This document shows positions 55,178 to 64,000 of a stretch of DNA of 64,000 nucleotides, piece by piece. The notes beneath the pieces are model-generated. The model was not told where the DNA came from. It saw nothing but the letters and a program-made list of their open reading frames with translations, and made no database searches. The stretch's first letter is position 1. Each line of letters starts with the position of its first letter. Source of the DNA: an uncultured Acidobacteriota bacterium (GTDB lineage: Bacteria > Acidobacteriota > Thermoanaerobaculia > Multivoradales > UBA5704); contig CAVYRF010000002.1 of NCBI GenBank assembly GCA_963770895.1, positions 5,696,001-5,760,000 of the forward strand. Reading direction: 5' to 3'. The position numbers and the translations under genes are program-made.

Positions 55178-57079
55178 CTACACCAGGTCGCGCAGCACGG
55201 CGACCACCTCCGTGCGCTGGCCGCCGCGCTCGACGGTGAGCCGCACGCGGGTGCCCGGCGTGTCGGTGCGCAGGCGCTCGCGCAGGGCGGGCAGCCGCAG
55301 GTCGCCGGCCGGCGTGCCGTCCACGGCGACGACGCGGTCTCCCTGGCGCAGCCCGGCATCCGCGGCCGGCGAGCCGGCATAGACGTCGACGACGTCCAAG
55401 GCGCCGCCGGATTCCGCCAGGTTCAGCCAGGCGCCCAGGCGATCGAAGGCGGCGGGCTGGCCGGTGCGCGCGTTGCGCTCGAAGATGATCTGCTGGCGCG
55501 AGTAGTCGAAAGTGACGTTGTACAGCCGCAGCAGCCCGGCGCCGACGTTGCCGGCCACGTACTGGTCGGCGAAGGCGCCCTTCTTCTGCAGCGACAGTTC
55601 CACCACCGGCCGGTCGAATTCGACGCCGCCCAGGCGCAGCACCTGGGCGCGCGCAAACTCCGAACGCGCCGCGCCGCCGGCCCCCCAGCCCGACACGCCG
55701 GCCAGCTTGGGAGCGTAGCGGGCGTGCAGGCCGTGCTGATCGACGAACGGCCCCATCAGGTCGAGCGTCGAGCGGCTGCCGGTGTCGATGTCGAAGGTGC
55801 CGGGGATGCCGTCGATCGAGCCCTGCACCTGCGGGATGTGCTCGTTGAACGTGAACGGCACCACCTCGCCGTCGCCGTGGTACGCGAAGGCGGACGGCAG
55901 GGTGAGCGTCAGCGCGCTGTGCTCGTAGTCGACCTTGACCACGAAGCGGCGGAAGATCTCGTAACCGATGAGGCCGTTCTGCTCCACCCCTTCGACGCGA
56001 TCGAAGTCGGCCAGCGGCAGGACGGCGAACAGCGGGTCGTGCAATACCACGCCGCCCACCTCCAGGGAATCCATCTTGACCAGCGCCACGTCCTCGGCCC
56101 TTTCGCCCACGCCGCCGCCCTGCAACGCCCCTACCGGCTTCAAGCCGAGCGTCGCGGCAAGCTTGGGAAACACGATCGCCAGGCCGCCGGTGTCGCACAG
56201 CATGCGGAACGGCCCCTTGCCGTTGAGCTTCACGTCGACGTAGATGTGGTTGTTGAGCAGCTGGAACGGCACGGTCACCGACGTTGCGCCGGCCGGCATG
56301 GCGAAGTCGGGCGGCGGCGCCGCCGGCAGCGCGAACACCGACGGTGGCAGCGGCTGGTTGAAGGTGGTCTGCTCCACGGTCGTCACCACGTCGTACTTGC
56401 TTTCACCGGTGCCGCTGCGCTGCATGTAGGGGAGCTTCACCCCGTCCACCAGGCGGTAGTCGGAAAGATGGATGGTGGTGGTCTGCGTGCCGCCCACTTC
56501 GACGATGCGGTCTGCCAGCGACGTTGCCGCGTCCACCCACAGCTCGAACGGCCTGCCGTCGCGCGGGCTGATGCGCAGCACGTCGAAAGCGCGGCCCTGG
56601 TCCTGGCGCCGGCCGAGCGATTCGATGCGCGCCGGCCACCGCTCGGGATACCAGTAGGCGAGCGCCCGCCGGTAGCCTTCGTCCACCGCGCCCAGCCGCG
56701 CGTCGTCGGCGGCTTCGACGCGCGGTTGGCCCGACGCGTCCTGGCTCCAGGTCGTGGTGCCGTCGAAGCCCTGCATGCCCTTCATCGGTCCCAGCTGAAA
56801 ATGGTCGACGAACTTTCCGCTCCGCAGGTCGTCCAGCGATCCGGCGGTGCCGTCCAGGCCGGCGGTGTGGATCTTTACCGTCTGTTGCAGCGTCGTCTTG
56901 GAATCCCAGGCGGTGCCGCCGGCGGCCTCCTTGGCGCGCGCCAGGACGGCCGCCGCCTCCGGGCTGATGGCGGCGGCGCCGCTCGGGTCGCCGGCGGTGG
57001 CGGAGGTGGCGGCGGCGGCGCCGGTGACCAGCGCAAGGGCCAGGACGGAGACAAGCAGAATCGATGCAGCGCGGCGCAT
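55178..57079 (-). CDS. Exported aspartyl protease family protein (two retropepsin-like domains plus PDZ)
   Basis: Signal peptide; CDTGG and IDTGS motifs; C-terminal GSPA..AGL..GD PDZ. Confidence 0.85.
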   Translation of the reverse strand: MRRAASILLVSVLALALVTGAAAATSATAGDPSGAAAISPEAAAVLARAKEAAGGTAWDSKTTLQQTVKIHTAGLDGTAGSLDDLRSGKFVDHFQLGPMKGMQGFDGTTTWSQDASGQPRVEAADDARLGAVDEGYRRALAYWYPERWPARIESLGRRQDQGRAFDVLRISPRDGRPFELWVDAATSLADRIVEVGGTQTTTIHLSDYRLVDGVKLPYMQRSGTGESKYDVVTTVEQTTFNQPLPPSVFALPAAPPPDFAMPAGATSVTVPFQLLNNHIYVDVKLNGKGPFRMLCDTGGLAIVFPKLAATLGLKPVGALQGGGVGERAEDVALVKMDSLEVGGVVLHDPLFAVLPLADFDRVEGVEQNGLIGYEIFRRFVVKVDYEHSALTLTLPSAFAYHGDGEVVPFTFNEHIPQVQGSIDGIPGTFDIDTGSRSTLDLMGPFVDQHGLHARYAPKLAGVSGWGAGGAARSEFARAQVLRLGGVEFDRPVVELSLQKKGAFADQYVAGNVGAGLLRLYNVTFDYSRQQIIFERNARTGQPAAFDRLGAWLNLAESGGALDVVDVYAGSPAADAGLRQGDRVVAVDGTPAGDLRLPALRERLRTDTPGTRVRLTVERGGQRTEVVAVLRDLV

Positions 57080-57274
57080 GGAAAACCTCCCTGTCGCGGC
57101 GCCGCCTGCCATGCAGGCGCGCCCAGTGTGGCTGCTTTCCTTACGCCACGGGTGTCGAATGGTTGCAGGCCTTGCGGGTGGTCCGTTGGGCGCCCTGCGC
57201 CCTGGCCTTGCGGCTGGTTGTAGAGTGCGCCGAACCCGCGCGCGGCGCCGGTGTTTTGATACGCTGCGGCCTCC

Positions 57275-58684
57275 ATGTCCAGTCGAGAGTACACCGTTGG
57301 TCTGACCGGCACGTTCGACGTCGCCAACTACGGCGACCTGATGTTCCCCCTGCTGGCGCAGCGCGAGCTGGCCGATCGCCTGGGTCCGGTGAAGGTCGTC
57401 GCGTTTTCCTACGGCGCCAGGAGCGAACCGGAATGGCCCTTCCCGGTGACCTCGGTTGCCGAGCTGCCGCGGCTCGCCGGCACGCTGGACGCGCTGCTGG
57501 TCGGCGGCGGCTACCTGGTGCGCTTCGACAAGGACGTCGCCCCCGGCTACGCGCCGCCGACGGCGCAGATCCACCACCCGACGGGCTACTGGCTGACGCC
57601 GGCGCTGCTCGCCCTGCAACACGGCGTGCCGCTGCTGTGGAACGCGCCGGGCAGCAACCACGACGACCTGCCGGCGTGGGCCGAGCCGCTGTTGCAGCTG
57701 GTGTTTTCGCAGAGCTCCTACATCGCGGTGCGCGACGAGCCGTCGCGCGCGGCGGTGGCGCGCTACGCCGGCGCGCAGCAGGTGCAGCTGGTGCCGGATA
57801 CGGTGTTCGGGCTGATGCGCTGGCTGCCCGAGCATCCGACCTTCGACTTCAACCGGCTGCGCGACGCCTGCGGCTTGACCGGGCCGTACATCGTCATCCA
57901 GGGCGTGCGCGGCCTCGAAGGCTGCTACCGCTTCCTGCAACGGCATGCCGACCGCCTGCGCGGCTACCGCTTCCTCGCCCTGCCGATCGGCCCGGTCAAC
58001 GGCGACGACGACACGCGCCCGGACGCCGACCTGCCGGGCCTGGTGCGGCTGCCGGTCTGGCCCCACCCGTTCGTGCTCGCCGAGCTGATCCGTCAGTCGG
58101 CGGCGGTGATCGGTCCCAGCTACCACCTGGCGATCACGGCGCTCAACTCCGGCGTGTCGGTGTTCACCCCGGCGGATCTCAACCTCGGCAAGTTTCCCGG
58201 CCTGGCCGGCTTCGACGGGCTCTATCCCCTGCCCGCGGACCCGGCCAGCCCAGGCAGCTCGGCGGCGGACGAGGACCAGGACGTGGACAGCTTCGTCGCC
58301 CGCCTGCAAAGAGCGCCCGTCGCGCCGCGCGTGACCGCGGCGGCCGAGCGCGTCGGCGCACACTGGGACCAGGTCGCCCAGGTCGTGCGCGGCGGCAGAA
58401 CCGAAGGTGCGGTCGCCATCGGGCGGTTCTGGCAGTCGCTGCCCGGGCTGCTCGAAGGGCATGCCTCGCAGACCGCCGGCGCGGTCGCGGCGCTCGCCGC
58501 GCGCGGCGAACGGGCGGCGGAGCGCGAACGCAGCAAGAGCCGCATCGCCGAGCTCACCCGCCTGGTCGCCCTGGCGCGCGGCGAGATCGCGGCGCGGGAC
58601 CGGCGCATCGCGCAGTTTCTCGCCTCGACCTCCTGGAAGCTCACCGCCCCCATGCGGTTTGTCGGCAAGCGCCTGGGGCGGTAG
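57275..58684 (+). CDS. Polysaccharide pyruvyl transferase family protein with C-terminal coiled coil
   Basis: Motifs NYGD, GGG, VRD..S, VPD and SYH; tail SWKLTAPMR. Confidence 0.8.
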   Translation: MSSREYTVGLTGTFDVANYGDLMFPLLAQRELADRLGPVKVVAFSYGARSEPEWPFPVTSVAELPRLAGTLDALLVGGGYLVRFDKDVAPGYAPPTAQIHHPTGYWLTPALLALQHGVPLLWNAPGSNHDDLPAWAEPLLQLVFSQSSYIAVRDEPSRAAVARYAGAQQVQLVPDTVFGLMRWLPEHPTFDFNRLRDACGLTGPYIVIQGVRGLEGCYRFLQRHADRLRGYRFLALPIGPVNGDDDTRPDADLPGLVRLPVWPHPFVLAELIRQSAAVIGPSYHLAITALNSGVSVFTPADLNLGKFPGLAGFDGLYPLPADPASPGSSAADEDQDVDSFVARLQRAPVAPRVTAAAERVGAHWDQVAQVVRGGRTEGAVAIGRFWQSLPGLLEGHASQTAGAVAALAARGERAAERERSKSRIAELTRLVALARGEIAARDRRIAQFLASTSWKLTAPMRFVGKRLGR

Positions 58685-58768
58685 GCGCCGGCACGGTCGA
58701 GAGCGAGCAGGGCAGGTAGAGCAGGTCGAGCAAGAGCAACACGACGCGGCAGAACCAAGAGGACACCG

Positions 58769-59470
58769 ATGCTGGACGTCACCGCCATTTCCCGCAGCAA
58801 CCTCAACAGCGAACCTTACTCCTGGGCCGAGGTCGGCGGCCTGTATTCGCCCAAGGGCGCAGCGGCGCTCGCCCAGACCTACCCGCGCGACCACTTCAAG
58901 ACCCTATCGGGGCACGACGGCGAAAAGCAGTTCCTCTATGAGTCGCGCTCGCTGGTCGGCATGGGGGCGGCCACCGCCTCGTTCGCCGGCGAGCTGAGCA
59001 AGGCCTGGCTGGAGCTGGCGCAGGACCTGCTGTCGCCGGAGTACCGCAGCGCCATGTCGCTGCTCACCGGCTACGACCTGACCGCCACGGCCATCGAGGC
59101 CAACGTCTTCCACTACGGGCCGGGTTCGTCCCTGGGACCGCACCTGGACCTGCCGGCCAAGCTGGTCACCCACGTGCTCTACTTCAATCGCACCTGGAAC
59201 GCCGCCGACGGCGGCTGCCTGAGCATCCTGCGCTCCAAGAACCCCGACGACCAGGCCGCCACCATCCTGCCCCTGGTCGGCAACTCCTCCATCCTGGTCC
59301 GCTCCGACTGCTCCTGGCACGCCGTCCAGCCCGTCGTCCCCGGCAGCCGCAAGTCCCGCCGCAGCGTCACGGTCACCTTCTACCGCACCGGCGCCGTGAG
59401 CACCATGTGGCCGCCCGGCGACAACACCCCGCTGCACACCTACGACCCCGCCGGGCTCGACCCCGATTGA
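58769..59470 (+). CDS. 2OG-Fe(II) oxygenase family protein
   Basis: HLD...H...R catalytic pattern (PHLD, SWHAV, RRS); motif W...DGG.L. Confidence 0.85.
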   Translation: MLDVTAISRSNLNSEPYSWAEVGGLYSPKGAAALAQTYPRDHFKTLSGHDGEKQFLYESRSLVGMGAATASFAGELSKAWLELAQDLLSPEYRSAMSLLTGYDLTATAIEANVFHYGPGSSLGPHLDLPAKLVTHVLYFNRTWNAADGGCLSILRSKNPDDQAATILPLVGNSSILVRSDCSWHAVQPVVPGSRKSRRSVTVTFYRTGAVSTMWPPGDNTPLHTYDPAGLDPD

Positions 59471-59494
59471 CCGCCGGCAGTGCTGGCGGCGCCG

Positions 59495-59896
59495 TCAGCG
59501 CAGCAGCGCGAAGCCGGCGGCGCCGCGCAGCTTGCGGTCGAAGGTGACCGTCTCGGAGCAACCGGCCTGACGGCATTGCCAGCCCAGCAGGTAGTCGGGA
59601 AAATCGGCGCCGCCGCGGCGAAAATCGGCCAGCGCGCGGCGGACGGAGGCGCGGTCCTGCACCTCGAACAGACGGGTATCCAGGATGCGCTCGATGACGC
59701 TCGCGGCCTGATTGCGGTCGAGGCCGTACGGCTGGCCGCGCAGCGTCCAGCTCAGCTCGCACAGGGCGATAGTGCTGATGAAGAACGATTCGCCAGCGTC
59801 TTCGGCGGCGGCAAACAGAGTGGCGACCTGCTGCGTCTGCTGCGCATCGTCGGCGGTGACGAAGCGCAGCAGGACGTTGGTATCCAGACCCTTCAC
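59495..59896 (-). CDS. VapC/PIN domain toxin
   Basis: Motifs LDTNVLLR, E..W.L, ADF.D and TFD. Confidence 0.92.
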   Translation of the reverse strand: MKGLDTNVLLRFVTADDAQQTQQVATLFAAAEDAGESFFISTIALCELSWTLRGQPYGLDRNQAASVIERILDTRLFEVQDRASVRRALADFRRGGADFPDYLLGWQCRQAGCSETVTFDRKLRGAAGFALLR

Positions 59897-60162
59897 GCCT
59901 GTCCGCGGCGGATGCGCTGGTCGTCGTCCACCAGCAGGCGAGTCAGCTCGCTGTCCAGGTCCTCATCCGAAGGCTTTGCACGATCGGGCTGGTGGACCAT
60001 GCCCCGGAGCTCGCGGAACGAGCCGCCGACCGACTGCACGTGCACGGTACCGTCGCGGCGGATCACGAACTCCAGGCGGTCGCCTTCGTCCAGATGAAGG
60101 TGCTGCCGTACCTCCTTGGGAAGCGTGATCTGTCCTTTGCTGGTCAAGGTCGCAATGACCAT
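59893..60162 (-). CDS. AbrB/MazE/SpoVT family antitoxin
   Basis: Motif TSKGQITLPKEVR..L....GD; GGAGG RBS; overlaps toxin start. Confidence 0.92.
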   Translation of the reverse strand: MVIATLTSKGQITLPKEVRQHLHLDEGDRLEFVIRRDGTVHVQSVGGSFRELRGMVHQPDRAKPSDEDLDSELTRLLVDDDQRIRRGQA

Positions 60163-60164
60163 GG

Positions 60165-60183
60165 TCCTTACCTCCAGTAAGGA
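60165..60183. promoter_or_regulatory. Toxin-antitoxin operator palindrome TCCTTAC-N5-GTAAGGA overlapping the antitoxin RBS
   Basis: Inverted repeat read directly; AbrB-type antitoxins typically autorepress. Confidence 0.7.
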
Positions 60184-60232
60184 GGATAACATGAGTCTGC
60201 GATAGGGTGGCAGGCCTCGCCGGCGGCTGGGG

Positions 60233-61108
60233 TCAGGCGGCGGCTTTGGCGAACAGGCGGAAGAAGTTCTGGCGGGTGCGGTCGGTGACGGTGGCCAGGG
60301 GGGTGCCGGTGGCGGCGGCCAGGGCGGCGGCCACTTCGACGACGTAGGCGGGTTGGTTGGGCTGGCCGCGGTGGGGGACGGGGGCCAGGTACGGGGTGTC
60401 GGTTTCGACCAGGGCGCGGTCGGCGGGGAGGACGGCGAGCACCTCGCGGACGTTGGCCGCCTTGGGGAAGGTGATCATGCCGGACAGGCCGAGATAGAAG
60501 CCGCGGGCGACCAGGTCGCGGGCCATGGCCAGACCGCCGGCGAAGGAGTGGAAGTCGGCGGACAGGGCGGCGAACTCGGGCTCGGCGACGACGGCGAGCA
60601 TGGCGTCGTTGCTGTCGCGGTTGTGCACGACGACCGGCAGGCCGAGGTCGAGGGCGACCCTCCACTGCTGGCGCAGGACCTGGCCCTGCACGTCGCGGGG
60701 CGCGCGGTCGTAGTGGAAATCCAGGCCGCACTCCCCCACTGCCACGGCCTTGGGGTCGGCGAGCAGCGACCGCAGCCGCTCGGCGTCGCCGGGGCGCCAG
60801 CTGGCGGCCTCGTGCGGGTGGACGCCCAGGGCGCACCAGACGTCGGCGTGGCGGTGGCAGAGGGCAAGGATGTCGTCGGCTTCGTCGAGGCGGATCGCCG
60901 GCACCAGGAACCCGCGCACGCCGCGCTCGCGCGCCGCATCCAGCGCGCGCTCGCGCGCGTCGGCGGGCAGCGACTGCAAATGGCAGTGCGAATCGACGAT
61001 GCCGGCGGCGAGGGTGGCGCCGGCCGGCGGCAGCGATGGCGGCAGCGGATGAGCGCCGGAGCCGGCGAGGGCGGCGGGCGTCTGGCCGGGGGGCGCCGGC
61101 TGGCTCAT
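60233..61108 (-). CDS. tatD: TatD family hydrolase
   Basis: Motifs DSHCH, GVHPH, GECGLD, VHNR and ETDTPYL. Confidence 0.92.
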   Translation of the reverse strand: MSQPAPPGQTPAALAGSGAHPLPPSLPPAGATLAAGIVDSHCHLQSLPADARERALDAARERGVRGFLVPAIRLDEADDILALCHRHADVWCALGVHPHEAASWRPGDAERLRSLLADPKAVAVGECGLDFHYDRAPRDVQGQVLRQQWRVALDLGLPVVVHNRDSNDAMLAVVAEPEFAALSADFHSFAGGLAMARDLVARGFYLGLSGMITFPKAANVREVLAVLPADRALVETDTPYLAPVPHRGQPNQPAYVVEVAAALAAATGTPLATVTDRTRQNFFRLFAKAAA

Positions 61109-63165
61109 CGCACCTCGGAGCCGGAGGGCACCGGCTCCAGCGGCCGCAGCAGCACGGGCTTGCCGTCGACGGTGGCGGCCAGCACCATGCCTTGCGAGGA
61201 GACGCCCATCAAGGTCGCCGGCTCCAGGTTGGCGATCATCACCACCTGATTGCCGATCAGCTCTTCGGGCCGGTAGGCGAGCGCGATGCCGGCCACCACC
61301 GTGCGCGTCTCGCCGCCCAGGTCCAGGGTCAGCTTGAGCAGCTTCTTGGACTTGGGGACCGGCTCGGCGGCGCGCACCGTCGCCACCCTCAGCTGCACCT
61401 CCTTGAAACGGTCGATCGAGATGCGCGGCGCGGCGGCGTCAGGCGATGGCGCGCCGCCGGGCGGCGCGGGCGCGGCGGCGGGTGGTGGCGCCGGCGCCGC
61501 GGGCGAGGTACCGGCCGCCGGCGACGCGGCCGGCGGTGCAGGCGCCGCCGGCGCGGCGGATGATCCGGACGATGCCGGCGATGCCGGTGATGCGGGTGCG
61601 GGGGACGTCGCTTCGGCCACGTAGGCCTCCTTGTCGATACGCGGAAAGATGGGCGCCGGAGCGGCCAGCGGCACGCCGGTGGGCAGGCCGCCCCAGGCCA
61701 TGGCGTCGAGCCGATCGGGCACCTGGGCGCCCACGGCATGGAGCACCTGGGCCGCGGTGCGGGGCATCACCGGCAGCAGGCCGACGGCGACGATGCGGGT
61801 CGCTTCGAGCGCGTTCCACAGGATGCGGGACAGCGTTTCGGTCGGGCCTTCGGTCTTGATCAGCTTCCACGGCGCGCGCGTCACCAGGTACTGGTTGACC
61901 TCGGCCAGCAGGCGCCACAGGCTTTCCAGGGCGCGCTGAAACGCCAGCTCGTCCATCGCCGCGCGATAGTCGGCAGTGGCCTGGGCTGCGGCGGCGATCA
62001 GCGGATTGTCGCCGCAGGCGTGCGGCGGGGTGCGGCCGTCGAAGGCGCTGCGCGAGAGCGTCACGGCGCGGCTCACGGTGTTGCCCAGGTCGTTGGCCAG
62101 GTCGTTGTTGTAGCGATCGATCACCGCTTCGTCGGAAAAACTGGCGTCCTGACCGAACGCCATCTCACGCAGCAGGAAGTAGCGCACGCTGTCGGCGCCG
62201 AAGCGGGCGATCAGGTCGTCGGGGCGGACGACGTTGCCGGCCGACTTGGACACCTTGCGGCCGTCGCGCTGCCACCAGCCGTGCGCCCACACCGTGGTCG
62301 GCAGCGGCAGGCCGGCCGACATCAGGAAGGCCGGCCAGTAGACGGCGTGGAAGCGCAGGATGTCCTTGCCCACCATGTGCAGGCGGACGTCGCCGTCGGC
62401 CCAGAAGTGGCGGTACAGCTCGCGCTGGGCAGGGTCGTCCGCGCCCAGGCCCAGGGCGCTGATGTAGTTGGTCAGCGCGTCGAGCCAGACGTAGACCGTC
62501 TGCCCCGGCCGGCCGGGAAAGGGGATGCCCCATTCGAGGTTGGCGCGGCTCACCGACAGGTCGCGCAGCCCCCCGGCGACGAACGACCGCACCTCGTTGG
62601 CGCGGCTCTGCGGGCGCACCGGCTCGGGGCGGCTGTCGTACCAGTCGAGCAGGCGCTGCTGGTAGCGCGACAGGCGAAAGAAAATGTTTTCTTCCGACTT
62701 CCACTCCACCGGCGTTTCGTGCACCGGGCACAGGCGCCCCGGCAGCAGCTCCTTTTCGGTGTAAAACGTTTCGCACGGCGAGCAGTACCAGCCCTCGTGC
62801 ACCGCCGCGTACAGGTCGCCGGCGGCGTCCAGCAGGCGGATCATCTCCTGCACGCCGCGCTCGTGGCGCGGCTCCGAGGTGCGCACAAAGTCGTCGTAGG
62901 AAAAATCCAGCCGCCCGCGCAGCTCGCGGTAGTGGCCCACCACGCGATCGGCCAGCTGGATCGGCAGGATGCCTTCGCGCTTGGCGGCGCGCTCGATGTT
63001 CTGGCCGTGCTCGTCGGTGCCGGTCAGGAAGCGCACGTCCTCCCCCAGCATGCGGTGGTAGCGCGCCAGGGCGTCGCAGATCGTGGTGGTGAAGATGTGC
63101 CCGATGTGGGGCAGATCGTTCACGTAGTAGATCGGCGTGGTGACGTAGTAGGTCGGTCTGGGCAT
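61105..63165 (-). CDS. metG: Methionine--tRNA ligase with C-terminal tRNA-binding domain
   Basis: Motifs YVTTPIYYVN..HIGH, GTDEHG, YVWLDAL and KVSKS. Confidence 0.96.
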   Translation of the reverse strand: MPRPTYYVTTPIYYVNDLPHIGHIFTTTICDALARYHRMLGEDVRFLTGTDEHGQNIERAAKREGILPIQLADRVVGHYRELRGRLDFSYDDFVRTSEPRHERGVQEMIRLLDAAGDLYAAVHEGWYCSPCETFYTEKELLPGRLCPVHETPVEWKSEENIFFRLSRYQQRLLDWYDSRPEPVRPQSRANEVRSFVAGGLRDLSVSRANLEWGIPFPGRPGQTVYVWLDALTNYISALGLGADDPAQRELYRHFWADGDVRLHMVGKDILRFHAVYWPAFLMSAGLPLPTTVWAHGWWQRDGRKVSKSAGNVVRPDDLIARFGADSVRYFLLREMAFGQDASFSDEAVIDRYNNDLANDLGNTVSRAVTLSRSAFDGRTPPHACGDNPLIAAAAQATADYRAAMDELAFQRALESLWRLLAEVNQYLVTRAPWKLIKTEGPTETLSRILWNALEATRIVAVGLLPVMPRTAAQVLHAVGAQVPDRLDAMAWGGLPTGVPLAAPAPIFPRIDKEAYVAEATSPAPASPASPASSGSSAAPAAPAPPAASPAAGTSPAAPAPPPAAAPAPPGGAPSPDAAAPRISIDRFKEVQLRVATVRAAEPVPKSKKLLKLTLDLGGETRTVVAGIALAYRPEELIGNQVVMIANLEPATLMGVSSQGMVLAATVDGKPVLLRPLEPVPSGSEVR

Positions 63166-63205
63166 TCTGGCATCTCCCCCACCCGCGGCGCGGTCGCCTG
63201 CAACT

Positions 63206-64000
63206 CTACTGGACCGGCGGCGCCACTTCTTCGGCGGTGAACCGGTAATGGTTGCCGCAGAAGACGCAATCCGCCTCGATCGCGCCGTCTTCTTCGGCCA
63301 GGTACTGGCGGTCGTCGTCCGACAGAAACACCAGGGTCTCGAGCAGGCGCGCGCGGCTGCAGCGGCAGCGGTAGCGCAGCGGCGCCGTCTCCTTGAGCTC
63401 GCGCTCGAAGCCGTCGAGCACCGCGTCCAGCGCCGCCTCCAGGCCGCCGTCTTCGAGCAGCCAGCTGACCCCGGCGATGGCGGCGACGTTGCGCTCCAGG
63501 CGGGCGATCGCCTCCTCGGAGGCGCCGGGCAGGATCTCGACGATGATGCCGCCCGCCGCCGCGACCCCCGTCTGCCGGCCGAGCACGCCCACCAGCACGG
63601 CCGAGCGGGTCTGCACGCTCTGCTCCAGGTAGTGGGCCACGTCGTCGCCGATCTCGCCCGAAACCAGCTGCACGTGGCTGTGATAGCTGCCGCCGTCGCC
63701 AAGCTCGCGCAAGACCCGCAGGTGGCCGGCGCCGACGGCGCGGCCCACGGCCAGCTTGCCGTTGGGGAGGTCCGGCACCTGGACGTGGGGGTCGCCGACG
63801 GTGGCGCGGATGTTGCCGTCCTGGTCCACCTCGACGATCACCCGCCGCAGCGGCCCGTCGCCGCGGATGTCCAGCACCAGCCGGCTGGTCGTCTTGGTCG
63901 CCAGCCGCTGCAGCATCGCCGCCGCGGCGATCGACCGCCCCAGCGCCGCGGCGGCCACCGGGCTGAGATCCAGGCGCTCGGTCACTTCGCGCACGATCGC
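63206..64000 (-). CDS. hslO: Hsp33 redox-regulated chaperone, 5' end outside window
   Basis: Motifs G.GPL, SGEIGDD and QS.QT; C-terminal CRCS...CVFC zinc motif. Confidence 0.93.
   Translation of the reverse strand, partial: AIVREVTERLDLSPVAAAALGRSIAAAAMLQRLATKTTSRLVLDIRGDGPLRRVIVEVDQDGNIRATVGDPHVQVPDLPNGKLAVGRAVGAGHLRVLRELGDGGSYHSHVQLVSGEIGDDVAHYLEQSVQTRSAVLVGVLGRQTGVAAAGGIIVEILPGASEEAIARLERNVAAIAGVSWLLEDGGLEAALDAVLDGFERELKETAPLRYRCRCSRARLLETLVFLSDDDRQYLAEEDGAIEADCVFCGNHYRFTAEEVAPPVQ

Overview
This is a very GC-rich chromosomal window. Gene content and style suggest Acidobacteriota (Thermoanaerobaculia-like), which is an inference. Core genes include ptsI, miaB, an lptF/lptG fusion, metK-ahcY, rpiB-murB, pyrE, degP, the rimP-nusA-infB-rbfA-nrnA-truB-rpsO-pnp operon, metG, tatD and hslO. 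A 28-bp XerCD dif site at 16238-16265, with KOPS motifs mostly converging on it, marks the likely replication terminus. Beside it lie an orphan parAB pair with a 16-bp parS-like palindrome and a ~9 kb accessory patch. The patch holds two full-length IS21 elements (one nested in the end of a third), a tandem array of ~320-bp hairpin repeats, and a shared structured element downstream of both istB genes. The most striking candidate novel system is at 20.5-25.3 kb: three paralogous ECF-type sigma factors, a small secreted peptide ending in a DPNG motif, and a translationally coupled soluble ZAS-like zinc anti-sigma/TPR protein. A second candidate is a TonB-dependent receptor, ECF sigma and Ser/Thr kinase carrying a periplasmic TonB C-terminal domain. 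All calls were made by eye, without database searches.
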